A stretch of DNA of 62,647 nucleotides, the filler included, from Platydemus manokwari (taxonomy: Eukaryota): NCBI GenBank assembly GCA_037951405.1. It is 5 parts of 5 records of this genome, joined end to end, with 100 filler letters (N's around TTAATTAATTAA, not from the genome) between each part and the next. Parts side by side here need not be neighbours in the genome. Positions count along the whole stretch, not along the records: positions 36,541 to 47,227 come from JBBMOY011113220.1; positions 47,328 to 62,647 come from JBBMOY011302539.1; 3 more parts are not named here. One strand, 5' to 3'. The notes beneath the pieces were generated by a model, which was not told where the DNA came from, searched no databases, and saw nothing but the letters and a program-made list of their open reading frames with translations. Positions within the stretch are counted from its first letter, which is position 1. Every line of letters starts with the position of its first letter. The position numbers were made by a program, and so were the translations under genes. Positions 40,096 through 52,760 of this stretch are shown piece by piece.

Positions 40096-42662
40096 TAATA
40101 ATAATACCCCTCATATGACAGACGTTTTTTTAGAAATAAGCAACAACATCAGCGCCAATATTAATATCAATAAATATAAAATAATTTTTGAGTTAAATCA
40201 ACACCAATTGTAATCTACGTAATGTTTATTGCCGACCTGTACAGAATGAAACAAAACAATATTAATAAAATAATGTTAAGCACATGGGCATTGCCATCAT
40301 CTGTTTGGATTATTTTATTGTCGATTATTGTTTTCTGAGGTTAGAAGGAAAGTCCACAAGATTATATTTTATAGGGTTTGATCAGTGCTTATGTATAGAT
40401 TATAGGGTTTGTGATTTGTGATTTGTGGTTCATTTAGGATGATTTATTTATAGGGTTTAATTTCCAACATATGTTTGAATAATTAAGTTTGAGTGCAAAA
40501 TCGAGATCAAAACGGGTTTATAATATTTTTATTGTACTAAATTTGATACTTTTTAAATCTGTGATAAAAATGAATAAATTTTATTGTCACACTCTTTGTG
40601 TTCATTGTGTTAATTTATTTTGATTAAAATTTCTAAGAGCACGCACCTACCGGATTGACATTGCGCTTCAACCGCTAGTAACGAACTCACATGCATATTA
40701 AGAACTTATAACTCCATCACTATGTAATTTTGTAATTTGATCTTAATAATAGCAATAATAACTTTATACCTGTTTCAGTAATAATAACTTTTGTAAAGAT
40801 CAATTGAAGTTCCAACAAGGTTTAAAGCTAACAAATTTTGTGTTTAATATTGAGGGGAACTAACCAAGCCATTTTGACCCAACCAAATTAACCAAAAAAT
40901 AAATATAAATTGATATAAATTTTTTTCAAATTAAGTCTCAAATTAAAGAAAATAATAAGGACAAAAACTATAAATATATCCTAAAAATATCAAAAGTAAA
41001 ATATGTTTTAAAAAATCAAAAATTATATTTATTTGACTGCTCCAAATAACTAAATTATAGTTACGATTTCAAGATCATAGAAAATTGATCAACAAATCTA
41101 TTTTTGGCAACTTCGTCAGCCCTAAAAATAAACCACCCCTATTTTGTAATTGAACGAAACTCAGTTTTGAAGACTATTGTATGCCAAAATTGAACAGAAT
41201 TTTTTGAAGACTACTGTTTGCCAATTTTGATTTGAAGATTTTAATGATGCACCCCACAAGTAAATTTTTTAACTGTCAATTAATTTTCGACCCACGGCTA
41301 GTTTTAACCTTCACTTCTACTAAGCTCATTTAAGTTCTACTTCAAAGTTCCCCACCTTCCTTTTTTTCACGAAAGGCTTACCCGAGCACCAAAGTGGTAC
41401 GCCTTATATTTTTTCTTAGCCACATAAATCTTTCCTCCCACAATAGAAAAAATCGCCTTTAGTGATTTAAATTTATTGTAGATTATTAATTTTTTATTAT
41501 CAATACATTTTATTTTGTCTATTTTGCTTTTGTTGATTTTATTTTATTGTATCATCATATATATCTATATTAAAAAATCATTTTTATTATATATTTGTCG
41601 AACGATTAAGCGACAACAACCTCTTATTTATTTGGAGTCCAGTTAAGTTGAAGATCTAGGGGAAATTTTGTTAATTCTATTTAAAGCCTTCTGATAAAAT
41701 TGTGTGTATTAGCTAAATCGAATTACAAATTGTACATTTGTAATTTGAATTTATATTTACTATAAAGCCACCCCGACAATCTTTAACAATTTAGATCCCA
41801 AAGATAATTTGGTCATAGGCATATTAATTGAAATTAATATGAAATCAAATTTTAAGTTATTTCGTTGCTACTACTGCCATTGTCTTCATACCATAAAGTT
41901 GTGCAAGGCAAAGAATAAACTCAATAAGGTAGATTACACGTGTGACCTTAATGAGACTAATAAAGACGACAATGTATGTGCATACCCATTTAACATTCTA
42001 TTGGATTTTTTTTTAACATTCTTGTTCTAATTACACCAAACCTAAAAATAGGAATATATATGCACTTCAAATCGTGACATAACACAACTCTTCGCCATTT
42101 TAAATGAATACCCTGTGCTATGATAAAAATAGATATTCCGTTAAAACCTCCTCAGTAGAATATGAACATTATCACAATTATGACAATTTTCAATTTAAAG
42201 ATAGAATTAAAACTAGTTTTGTACAGAATATTGCAACTAAATAGTAGAAATTCAATTAAGCTTTACTATTGATTTCAGAATATCAACTCAGTTCAGATAT
42301 CTTATTGCAGAAGGTATAAATTCGGGATACTGATAGTCAAATAGAAAATTAGAATTTGAATCCTAAATATTAATTTTTAACTACATATAAATTTTACGTT
42401 TCATGTAGGGTTCATTTCTTATTAACATTAATAAGTGATTCATCACTAGTACATAAAAATCTAGACTATCAAGTAATTAAATCAAAGTTATTTATACGAT
42501 CTAACTGACTTGGCTTAATATAAAAATAAGGTTCAATAAATTTTTATTAAAAAAAAAACAATGAAATTAATATGTTCTATTTCTATATTGAGTATTATTC
42601 CAAGTAAGTGTTTAAATAATCATGTTGTAATTAATATATTTGATTTTTTGAAATTAAAAATA

Positions 42663-43566
42663 ATGGTAGGAGTGACTCTGTAATATTTATTTGTATTTTG
42701 TCACTTTTACTATTTTTTTACTAGAGTTTTATTTTTGGAAGCAAATGACGCAAGTGGTATCGAACAAATTTATAAAGATATTCTAGATAATTTATCCCTT
42801 CATTGTAATTCGTTATTTTAATTTAAAGATATTAACATTTATCACCAGCTACATTGGAAACTGTATCTGTTTTTCATATTGAAGATGAGGTATATTATAA
42901 TCCAAATTCACAAAGTTTTATTTAATTTTAATTTAAAATTTGTTTATTGTATCATAGATTTCTCAAAATATTTTACTATTATGAAAAATAGCGATTATCC
43001 CGAATCTTGTTTCGTATTTTCTGAGAATAAAAATGCAATAATTGCTGATATAAACTTTATTGGATTAGTGGATAAATTTAAATCATACCCACAGAAAAAA
43101 TCGTCGAAATCTGATTGTATTGGGAAAAAGTTTAGACTGTCAGATTTTCACATTACAGTTTCCAAACTTTCAATTGGTTTGTCAACATCAAATATTAAGG
43201 GTGTTTTTGTTGAAGTATGTGGTTTCAGTTGTTTTAAAATTATAATGATATTAATTAAAATTTTTGCAATAGTTTTTCATTAAATTTATTTTATTAATAT
43301 TATTATAACTTAATTATTTTAGAAATTGACGTTTTAAATTTATATTTTAGTTCGAGTATCTTCCTAATAACTATCCTAATCAATGTATGAATCTAATTCT
43401 GGAATTCATAAATGGAATGTTTCCAGAATATTGGCCCAAGCGCGACGAGGTTGTTCAGCAATCATTGCAAAGCATTCCCAATTTCAGTTTCACCAGCCGT
43501 TATATGCCAATTTATACAATGCAACAATATTTGGAACACATAAAATTATTTCGGAAAATCAATTGA
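42663..43566 (+). CDS. MED20: Mediator of RNA polymerase II transcription subunit 20; exons 42663-42679, 42725-42804, 42849-42914, 42958-43214, 43351-43566 (211 aa)
   Basis: GT-AG, phase-consistent exons give MVGVTLVLFLEAN...VSVFHIEDEVYY...IMKNSDYPESCFVFSENKNAIIADINF..LVDKFK...DFHITVSKLSIG...KGVFVEFEYLP....CMNLILEFI...YMPIYTMQQYLEHIKLFRKIN*. This is colinear with the MED20 motifs MGVT, M.NS.YP.SCF, IAD.NF, DF.V.V, G..VEVEY.P and TM.QY. Confidence 0.93.
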
Positions 43567-44341
43567 AAAATTATTATGAAATCAAATATAAAATAAATGT
43601 TGCTGTAAGATTTTTCAAAAAATATAATTTATGAAATAATCATAATTACCAAATGAAGGATCACGTCTCGACAAATGTAATATAATAACAATAAATAAGA
43701 AAACCAATATCAGACCAAAATAAATTCGGGGGGGGGGAAATATTTGAAAATGAATTTTGAGTATAATTTCATATAAAAAACAACCGAATCAATACAACAA
43801 TCGACCTGTCTGATATCGAAATGAAAAATTAATAAAATAAAGAAATATCTGAAAATGACACGATAGATAAATTGGGGAAATTGGATGTCAGTTGACGAAT
43901 TGTTCGTATTGTTATACCTTTACACGAGTTCAACATCAGTTCCTGAATAACAAATATATTTCACAAATCCGGTGGGAAATAATTATATAATCAAATGTGT
44001 TTACTTTGATTTGATTTCTACATTTGCTTTTGAGAAAGATATCCATTCCGTGATCTGTTATCTGTAATTATAGATATTGTCAATCTATATGTTATTATTA
44101 TATCATGTGTAATTGTTTATAATATCCAAAGAATTGAGGTTCAAAAGTGGAGTTCGACTACTTGTGTCACGAGGCAAAAACGAGAGTCGATATTGTCATC
44201 ACATTCCAGATGCATGATGGTCCATAAATGGCAGATAAATTCATTAAGAGTTGAAATTATTTTCACATTTGATAATTAAGTGTTTGTAAATGCAAAGCTC
44301 TCAATACAAATTATAATATTGATTACAATGTTGTAAAGGTA

Positions 44342-44398
44342 TTCCTCTTTCTAACCGCCACATTTGATCAATTTCCCAAAAGTGGCGGTTAGGAGGAA
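44342..44398. other. GC-rich inverted repeat / stem-loop (21 bp paired)
   Basis: TTCCTC/GAGGAA, a 3-nt bulge, CTAACCGCCAC/GTGGCGGTTAG (11 bp perfect), one mismatch, TTTG/CAAA and a 10-nt loop. Confidence 0.85.
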
Positions 44399-47227
44399 CA
44401 ATACCGTACATAGTATTGATTATAGATCTATTTATGTTGATTATTGCAAACCAAAGGCATGACCGATATGTTATTTTAATATTCAATCATAATACCAAGT
44501 GATGTCAATTGCATTTGTAATCTCAAAGTCAGGTCTTAAACTTAATATTCTTTGATGATTTAAAATATCAATTTATTTGACCGCTTAAGCATCTCGAACG
44601 AGACATTCTCGTGCATCAAATGTGTTCCGATTTGCGTTATCCCGAGTACCTCTCGCCACTTATAAATATTATGTTTATGTTTTTATCTGGAGCGATACCT
44701 TCTTGCCCGTTTGTATTTCATAGAGCTTAGTGTATACTTATTGTATGCTCGTTCGAATTTAGTTTCACAGTTCGAATTTTCATTTCACAGAAAAACCCTC
44801 GCATCAAATGGTTAACCTCGTATCTTGAACCGATGATAAATATGGAAAACATTTTATGAATATAGGAAATCAATTAAAGTAACAATAAAATAAATATATG
44901 ATTATTAAAATGAAGAATAACACAATTAAATAAATAAAAATTAATATTAAATAAACCATAAATGTATAATAATATAGAAGAATTGAAAATCTCAATTAAA
45001 ACCAATTTTAAAAATAATCGCAACAATAACATTTATGATTGAAAAGATAAGTATAAATACTGTTAAATGAGAAGAATCACGTGCAATTTTTATTCGACTA
45101 GTGAACTGTAAGCTAAAGTTTAAGCAATCAAGAATCAATGAAAAGAAAACCTTTTGAGGAAGAAGACCAATAGAACAATACATTTACGCAAGTAGTTTGT
45201 GTTTGTTGTAGAACAATAGAACAATACATATCCTACACCAACCCTTCTATCAATAACTGATGATAATTCCAGCAACAATTTTCAATGTATTATGTCGCTA
45301 AAATCACCTTGAAATTTTATATTTTTTGCATTAATTTCTGTTAGTAAATAAATTTGAGTGATTCAAAGTAATATTAAGAATATTAAGTTACTATAAAATT
45401 ATTGATGTCAGTGAGTTTAAAGATAGTAAATTTAGACTGATCATAAGAAAAGTGGGATCAATGTTCCCACACATATTGTCTCCATACAACATTGTAGTGC
45501 GATGTGAAAATATGAAAAATAATGTAAACTGTTGAGCCACTGGATTCGAAAAGATACTTACTGAGACATATTTAAGACGACGGTGATACACAATAAACTC
45601 ACATAATAAAAAATAAAAGCAATAAGGCCCAAACACAACATTTTGTTGAGGTTAGCACCCAAATTCAAACATCAACATGTCTCCAAAAACCTAAAACCCA
45701 AACATCAATCAAAACACCTCCAAATATTAATCAATTAAAACTAAAATCTGATTTCACAAATACCGAACTTAATCCCAGATAATCAACACAATTCGAAACC
45801 CAATTTCAAATTCGATCAATCCAAAGCGGACTCAATTTTTTACATTTAACTGATCCTTAAGCTATTATTTAATTGATCTTTGAACTTTTGAATTGATTTG
45901 AAAAAGCCCTGTCTTGTACTTTATTTTTGCCTTAACTTGAAGTAATTGCTAATAATAATATGTAATATCAATATTTTGTAATTATCTTTTGTATGATTAT
46001 GATGTCGAATAATTATCTCTTAGTAATGTTATTTTTTTTATAAATCTTATGAATTGTAAATCGGCGAAACTAATGAGAGCCTATAAATTCTAATTAAATG
46101 ATTAAAATGATAACCAGTTTTAAAGCAAATAAGATATAATACAAATAGTTATAACAATAAAAATAATAATAATAATAAAATAGAATTCTAAAATTAAGTA
46201 TTAAAACAAACAATTATATAAAATTGAGTAATAATAATATGAAAAATTATTAGGATAAAATAAAAATATGAAGACAGATAAATAAATATTTCATAACATT
46301 CGCCCATAAAAACATCTTAAGTTCTACCTGGAGCAGGAATTATTGGGTGCAAGTATTATTACTAGGATTATTTTGACGAAATATTTTTTTGAAAATGACT
46401 TAATTTTATATTGTAATAAGAAATATCGTTATCTAAATTATCACTTATTCGTTGATTAATTTAATTAATTTACAATTGCCTCCATTTGGTTTCCAATATC
46501 CTTTGTGTTGATATTTTGCAGCAGTCTACTTGTGTAGTGCTTTGCGCATTTTGCCAATTTTCCCCTTGTTTTTATTCTTGCTTAACTTACATTTTTTCTA
46601 AAAATATTTTATTAATATTAATTGACTTATGAATTATTATATCTCATTATACTCATCATATCTCTACACACTTTGATTAATAATAATTTTATTAACATGT
46701 CGTTGTGTGCGTTTAGTACTAACATTACTTGCTGCAGCGGGACAAATAATCCTTGTTGCAACTGTCAATAATTTATATAAGATTTAACCTTTAGATATTT
46801 CACTTCTCATACGAGTTATTGAAGCCCTCTAGGACCAGTAACGTTAATAATAACCAACCACAATTAAATTAATAATTTAATATAATAATTATTATTATCA
46901 TTTTCACTGTTTTCGATAAAACTTTGTTAAAAAGAAAATAAACATAAGCATTTTAGTTATGATTTACCACCGTAACAGATTTTTGCAGTTACAGAATGTT
47001 TAAATACATCATATTTAATATAATAATAACCCATATTTCAGACTATTTCTGATTTAATGTTGTTATTTTGTTTACAATTATAGAAACGAAAATGATATTT
47101 TACACAATATTTGCATTTTTATGCTTATATTTAAATTAGATTTACCAGGGTGAGTCAAAAGTTATTCATGTTTTTATGCAGGTATTTTATTAACACAAAT
47201 TGTTATAACGCTGAACATATTATTCCT

Positions 47228-47327
47228 NNNNNNNNNNNNNNNNNNNNNNNNNNNNNNNNNNNNNNNNNNNNTTAATTAATTAANNNNNNNNNNNNNNNNN
47301 NNNNNNNNNNNNNNNNNNNNNNNNNNN
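47228..47327. other. Artificial 100-bp contig linker
   Basis: N44-TTAATTAATTAA-N44. Confidence 0.97.
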
Positions 47328-50300
47328 GCCTTAATCAAGAACTCTTAGAGACTGATTAAGACAGTAGTGATATTCAATAGGATTAAGCTCATTAAAACAA
47401 ATAATTCAATAAGGCCCGAACGTAACATATTCTCATCTGAACAGAGTGTCAAATTTAATTAAAGAAGAATATAGTCAATACAGTGAAACCAAAAACCCAC
47501 CATAACGACTCTTGGAAATTGGAGTCCGAACGTAATAGTGGAAGATATATTAGCACAATTTAAATTGTATCAAATTTAAAAAACAACAACTTCGGTCTAA
47601 TCAAGCAGTGAAAGCGAAAATTAATTGAGGATATAAATACGATCGGAAGCAGCTATACGAACACAGAAAGAACTATTTGAAATCCGAAAATTACCAAATT
47701 TCTAAGGATTACAAGCACGATTGTAAGCTTTTATTCACGTACAACGGAATTTTCATCAATGTAATCGTCAAAAATCTAAAAGAAGTACTCAAGCCACAAG
47801 ATCTGATAGAAAATATTTACTATTTACTAATTTATATCGAAAATCGTAAGAGTTCATTGCTCAATATTTGTAAAATAATCATAAACTTAAGTTTTAATTC
47901 TATTTTGATAATCTAGTAAATGCACATTTGATTTAAATAACCGCTGTTAAAAGATACTATAAAGTAATTAATAAAATTTTATTAATGAAATAATTGTTAC
48001 TCTAACAACAGATCCTGTTGTCCATAAAGAATTTTTATTCAACATTAAATTGGTATATCTCTGAATATTAATTTTTATCAAATAATCATCAAGCAGCCGA
48101 TAAATACAACATTCTAGATTGAACCCAGTTCAACTAGAAGTAATTTTTCTAAACTAATAAATTTACCACAAATATAATCAACGGGGATACCGTTCTAAGT
48201 ATGCCTAACCTCCAATAACATTATTGTTACGGGCTTTTCCACGACTACCAATAAGAGACCAGAAAAATTACCATATCAGTCTATCAGTAAAATTCGATAA
48301 TTAATTAAAGCGAACCTCCCCACATAGTGCCTGGTTATTTGTATCAAAGTAAAAGAAATCATTTCATTTGTATCTTATTGTATCGTATCATTAATTTTCT
48401 GATAATATATTTTATAAACCAAATTGATTATAACTATTATTCTTTGTTTTAGTTATACAGCGCACCTTTGGAGTCAGATGTCGTATTTTTTTAATATACA
48501 TGATATTGTTAAACTAATAGAGCTCGCATACGTTGGGACAAGACATTTAAATAAATCTTATCAACTACTAAAACCTAATAAACCCCAACAATATATATAA
48601 TTTGTTGTGATAAGTCGAATTAAAGGCATATTTTATGAAATTTGATTGATAAAATTAATCAGATAAAAGCAGATTTTTATCCTGAATTTTGTGTGGTATT
48701 AATTAATATTGGTAAATAGTGGAATTAAGAGAACTGCAATTTATTTCTAGATTAAGAAATAGGAACATATTTAGAAGAGAAATGGATAATGATAACATTA
48801 TTGATTTTGGAAATAATAATCAAATGGGTAAAGTTTTAATGTGGCCAATCTCAATATATATTTGGAAAGCTAGCTGAATTAGCGGATTTTTTCAAGTAGC
48901 TCAAACATACAGTTGGAATGATGGACAACATTTACAAAGTAATGTTCTACAAGTTCATAATAATTTGTTAAAAGGTTATCCAGCATATGAGCATCAAGTA
49001 ATGAAAGATAAGTGAGATCTTATCTGGCTCGTAAATATGACAGACTAATTTAGGAAGAAAGAATATTAAAATAAAAAATATAAAGACAAGCTAAATAGAA
49101 AATAAGTATATAAAAATCTAAAAATTTAGCCTACAATAGGCAAACGTAAATTTGAACATCAATAAATTGAAAATACACAAAGGTAATTAAAAGATGTATA
49201 AATTTAATATTAAAAAATTTAAGGGTCCCAAATTAAAAATACACAAAATTTCTATTAAAATTAAACAAAACAAAAAATTTGTTTTAACACAACAATTTCT
49301 TTTTATTTAAATTTTGTTTAAACGACGTCAAGGTCACCTAGAAAATATTCAAAGTTGCTAGAAATTTAACCCAAAATCTATTTTTATAAAGCTAGGTCAG
49401 TACTAAAATAGCATTAGAAAATTTAACAACTTAAATACCTAAAAACAGGGGAATGTGGCTAAATTTAGACATGACGCCATTAGAGTTACTAAAATAAATA
49501 ACAAAACGCGACAAAAATAATGAATAACGTTTATATCAGAAGGATTTTGTTTTGGATTAAATCTATATAGTAACATTTCACTATAATATTTAACTTATCT
49601 CGACTCCACAGACAGGTTATTGCAGTAATAAATAATATTTAAAATAAAAATGATAAAATATCAAATGTAAAATAATTCAACAACAACAATATTTGGTTAT
49701 TTAGACGACAAAATTATAACACCAAAGATCGACACACAATGATATTGTTATAAGGTAATTACCCTCGAGAAAAAAGTAAAGGGTATGCCGCTTAACTTGT
49801 CGGACAAGCCTCTCAATTAAGAAAGAAACTGGGAACCAAAAAGTAGGACTTATTGGATTTTAAAAAACCACAAACCTAAAACTAACCGTGAGTCTTACCA
49901 GTCTCATGGAGTTCTCACAACCCCTAGGTATCTATTTAACCTAATATTATGATATTTCTTCGCCTAAATCAACTCTAATCCACGTATGAAGACGAGGTGA
50001 GCAGCTCTTGAAATCGTTTCTATATTTCTAACGCTGTTTACTAAATTATCAGTCTCGTTATGTCTCTTTTACACTTTCCCAAAAGACAATGAGCTTGACT
50101 AAGAAATGATATTCACGATGAAATTATTCCTTAATGTACTTGCCTGTTCTAATATCAAAACCAGGCTTACTACTGAATGCGCTTTTATTGATGTATGAAT
50201 TACTACAAATATACACTTATTCTTTAATTACTACTTTTACTCAGTGATTTTATAAAATCCTCCTTTTATGCACGTAAACGACAAGCTTTGTATGACAATT

Positions 50301-51609
50301 CTGGAAGTAGCTCAGGTTATAATGCTCCCAAGAGGAGAAAAACCAATTGTTCAAGATGACTGGTATTAACTCAATAAATATTAATTATTATTTTATTCTT
50401 ATTATAAGTAATTGTAAGACTTTTTACAGAATGATAAAAAGATTTTATACAAAGATAAAAATCAAAAATTTCTTTCAAAAATATACAATTGGAGTCAATA
50501 TCTCCAGATTATTGTCACATTGAATTTTTATGGCTTGATTTCCCAAAACCTCCAGTCATATCGGAATAATAAATTGGATAAGTTGGAATTGAGTATCACA
50601 AATATATCTTTGCAATAAAATGAAATCGGAACGCTTGTGTTGAATAATTCTTTGCAATTAAATGATCTTGAATAAATTTTGATATCCAGAAATTGTGATT
50701 GTAAATTTGACTACTCACGCGGATTTTTATAGTGTTTGATGTGCTTTGTATGTGTGATTAGACAGATTGCCTACATTTGTTACGATTTTTAGCAAAGTTT
50801 TAAATTTAGTAACATCCCATAATTTTAGTTCATAATTTCACTAAATTGGGGTTATCTATTTTTAGGACTGACGCAGTAACTAAAAGTACTTAGTGATGAG
50901 ATTTTTCATGACATTGAGTTCAGTTAAACAGTTTGATTATTTTAATGTATTTAAACAACTATAAATTTTATTTGTAATTTTGAAATTTTAATTTATTTAG
51001 CTAATTGCTATGTTGTGTTTTATTTTTAAAATTTTTTTTACCTTAATATTTGTAATTATTTAATTGTCTAATTTATCCGAAATGGTCCGAATGTTTCTCC
51101 ACACATGGTAGTAAGTTAAGATGTTAATTTTTATTCAAACTATTTTGCACTGTTAAATCATTCCAAACAAACCCTTCGATCTAGAAGATTTATTATTATA
51201 AAGTATTGTCGGAACGGAAGCATTTTCCTATGAAGATATTTTACAAATTGTTCCCGCAATATTTCACCAGTTATTATCATGATGACCGAACCTCAAGTTT
51301 TTCGATAACTGTATGGTTTCTTTAAAGTGCTTAAGATTTTCTCGTATTTATCTCACACTTTCATTTTTTATTCACAGGAGTGTCTCGTTAATTAGTTAGG
51401 GACACGTGATGCCTTTTACTGAAGGCCTTAACCGAATTTTACAGTTGACATGACTATTGGTAGTTTAACTATTAACATCATTATAATTTCCGAGCACTTC
51501 CGATCTATCTGAAAGAAGCAGATTTTGTTGGAAATTGAATAGCAACCTTTATCATTGTCATTATTATATTATCAGTATACAGTTGTTTTCCATCGATATC
51601 GTATAACAC

Positions 51610-52760
51610 CAAAATGATGATTTTATTTAAATTATCTTATAAAACCCCTACAAATACAATCAAGGAAGAAACAGTTCTGAAAGAGGATTTACAAGCCGCT
51701 TATAATTTGGCTTTTAGAAAAAGATTTCTACGAGTAAACGAGTTAGTGGGCTCATTTGTCATGTCATTGAATAATTGATCAATAAAAACGTATGAAGAAT
51801 GACTACAGATAGAAGCATTAATTAAAAATCAATTTAGGACTGGAGTTCTGGTATAAATGCAGACTATGTTGATGTCTGTGAAAAGGGATTATTTCCTGGA
51901 AATGGCAAAGAAGCAAAGCGAATTGAATTCCAAATTTGGAGGTAAGGTAAATGAAATTAATCTAGCGAGATTTGCAGAGAACACAAAACTGTTTCTAAAA
52001 AATAAAATCGATATTTCTGAAAAAGACCTGAAGAATCCAGAATTTGGAAAACTGGACTGCAAAAAGATGAAAGTATTCGAACAATTTCAAAAGGAGAATA
52101 AAGAGTTTCACATAGAAGCAGTCGAAATGTGAATACTGGATCAAACGGCCGAAGATTTACAAAATTGGACAGTTGAGGGAGAAGTTCATCACGATGGAAT
52201 AATAATGGTGGAAACTGGAGCAATAAAAAAAGAGATAATTGGAATAATAATATAAGAGATTATTGGAATGATAAAAGTTGTAGAACATAAAATGGTTTAA
52301 ATCTGAAAAGAGAGGCAACGACATCATCATGAGATCTAAGCCTAGTATGGAATTGATGAAATAATAGTGTAAGCCGCTACTATTTTATAAAAACCGCATC
52401 GAAAACGAACTGAAAAGACTCGACATTCAATTCTATTTTAAAGACAATTATTTAAACAAATAAAGAAAATTTAATACCAAATTAAATTTAATATAAATTT
52501 AAATTCAATAAAAATTTAAATTCAATATAAATTGAATTCAATTTAAAATCAAATTCAATACAACATTAAATTTAATATAAAATTTAATTCAATATAAATT
52601 AAATTCTATACTAATTCAAATTGAATTCAATTTGATATTCTCACAAATAGAGAAGGACATGTACAATGTTATTTTTACCGAGAATATGGACATAGAGCTA
52701 GATCTTGTCGAAAGATGGAAATAGAGCAAAATAATAGACAAAAGACAGAAACAAAAATAT
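51610..52760 (+). pseudogene. Decayed retrotransposon gag-like region
   Basis: Knuckle remnant CYFYREYGHRARSC at 52667-52708, preceded by N/W/R-rich low-complexity coding sequence (52190-52280), a LIKNQFRTGV segment (~51818-51850) and the 91-aa ORF 51857-52132. Confidence 0.55.
52482..52632. repeat. Minisatellite, ~16-17 bp unit (TTAAATTCAATATAAAA-like), about 9 copies
   Basis: Repeated AATTCAAT/AATTTAAT cores at regular spacing. Confidence 0.8.

Noticed and set aside
40370-40460. Scattered TAGGGTTT motifs
   Set aside because: Not tandem, so not an interstitial telomere array.
41760-42180. Possible gene divergent from MED20
   Set aside because: Only short frames with stops and no recognisable motif.
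47143-47227. TACCAGGGTGAGTCAAAA, possible Tc1/mariner TIR
   Set aside because: The partner TIR and ORF are not visible because the contig ends at the linker.
49985-50020. TGAAGA...GAAA Penelope-type minimal hammerhead candidate
   Set aside because: Lacks the core C3 and a stem II closing pair.
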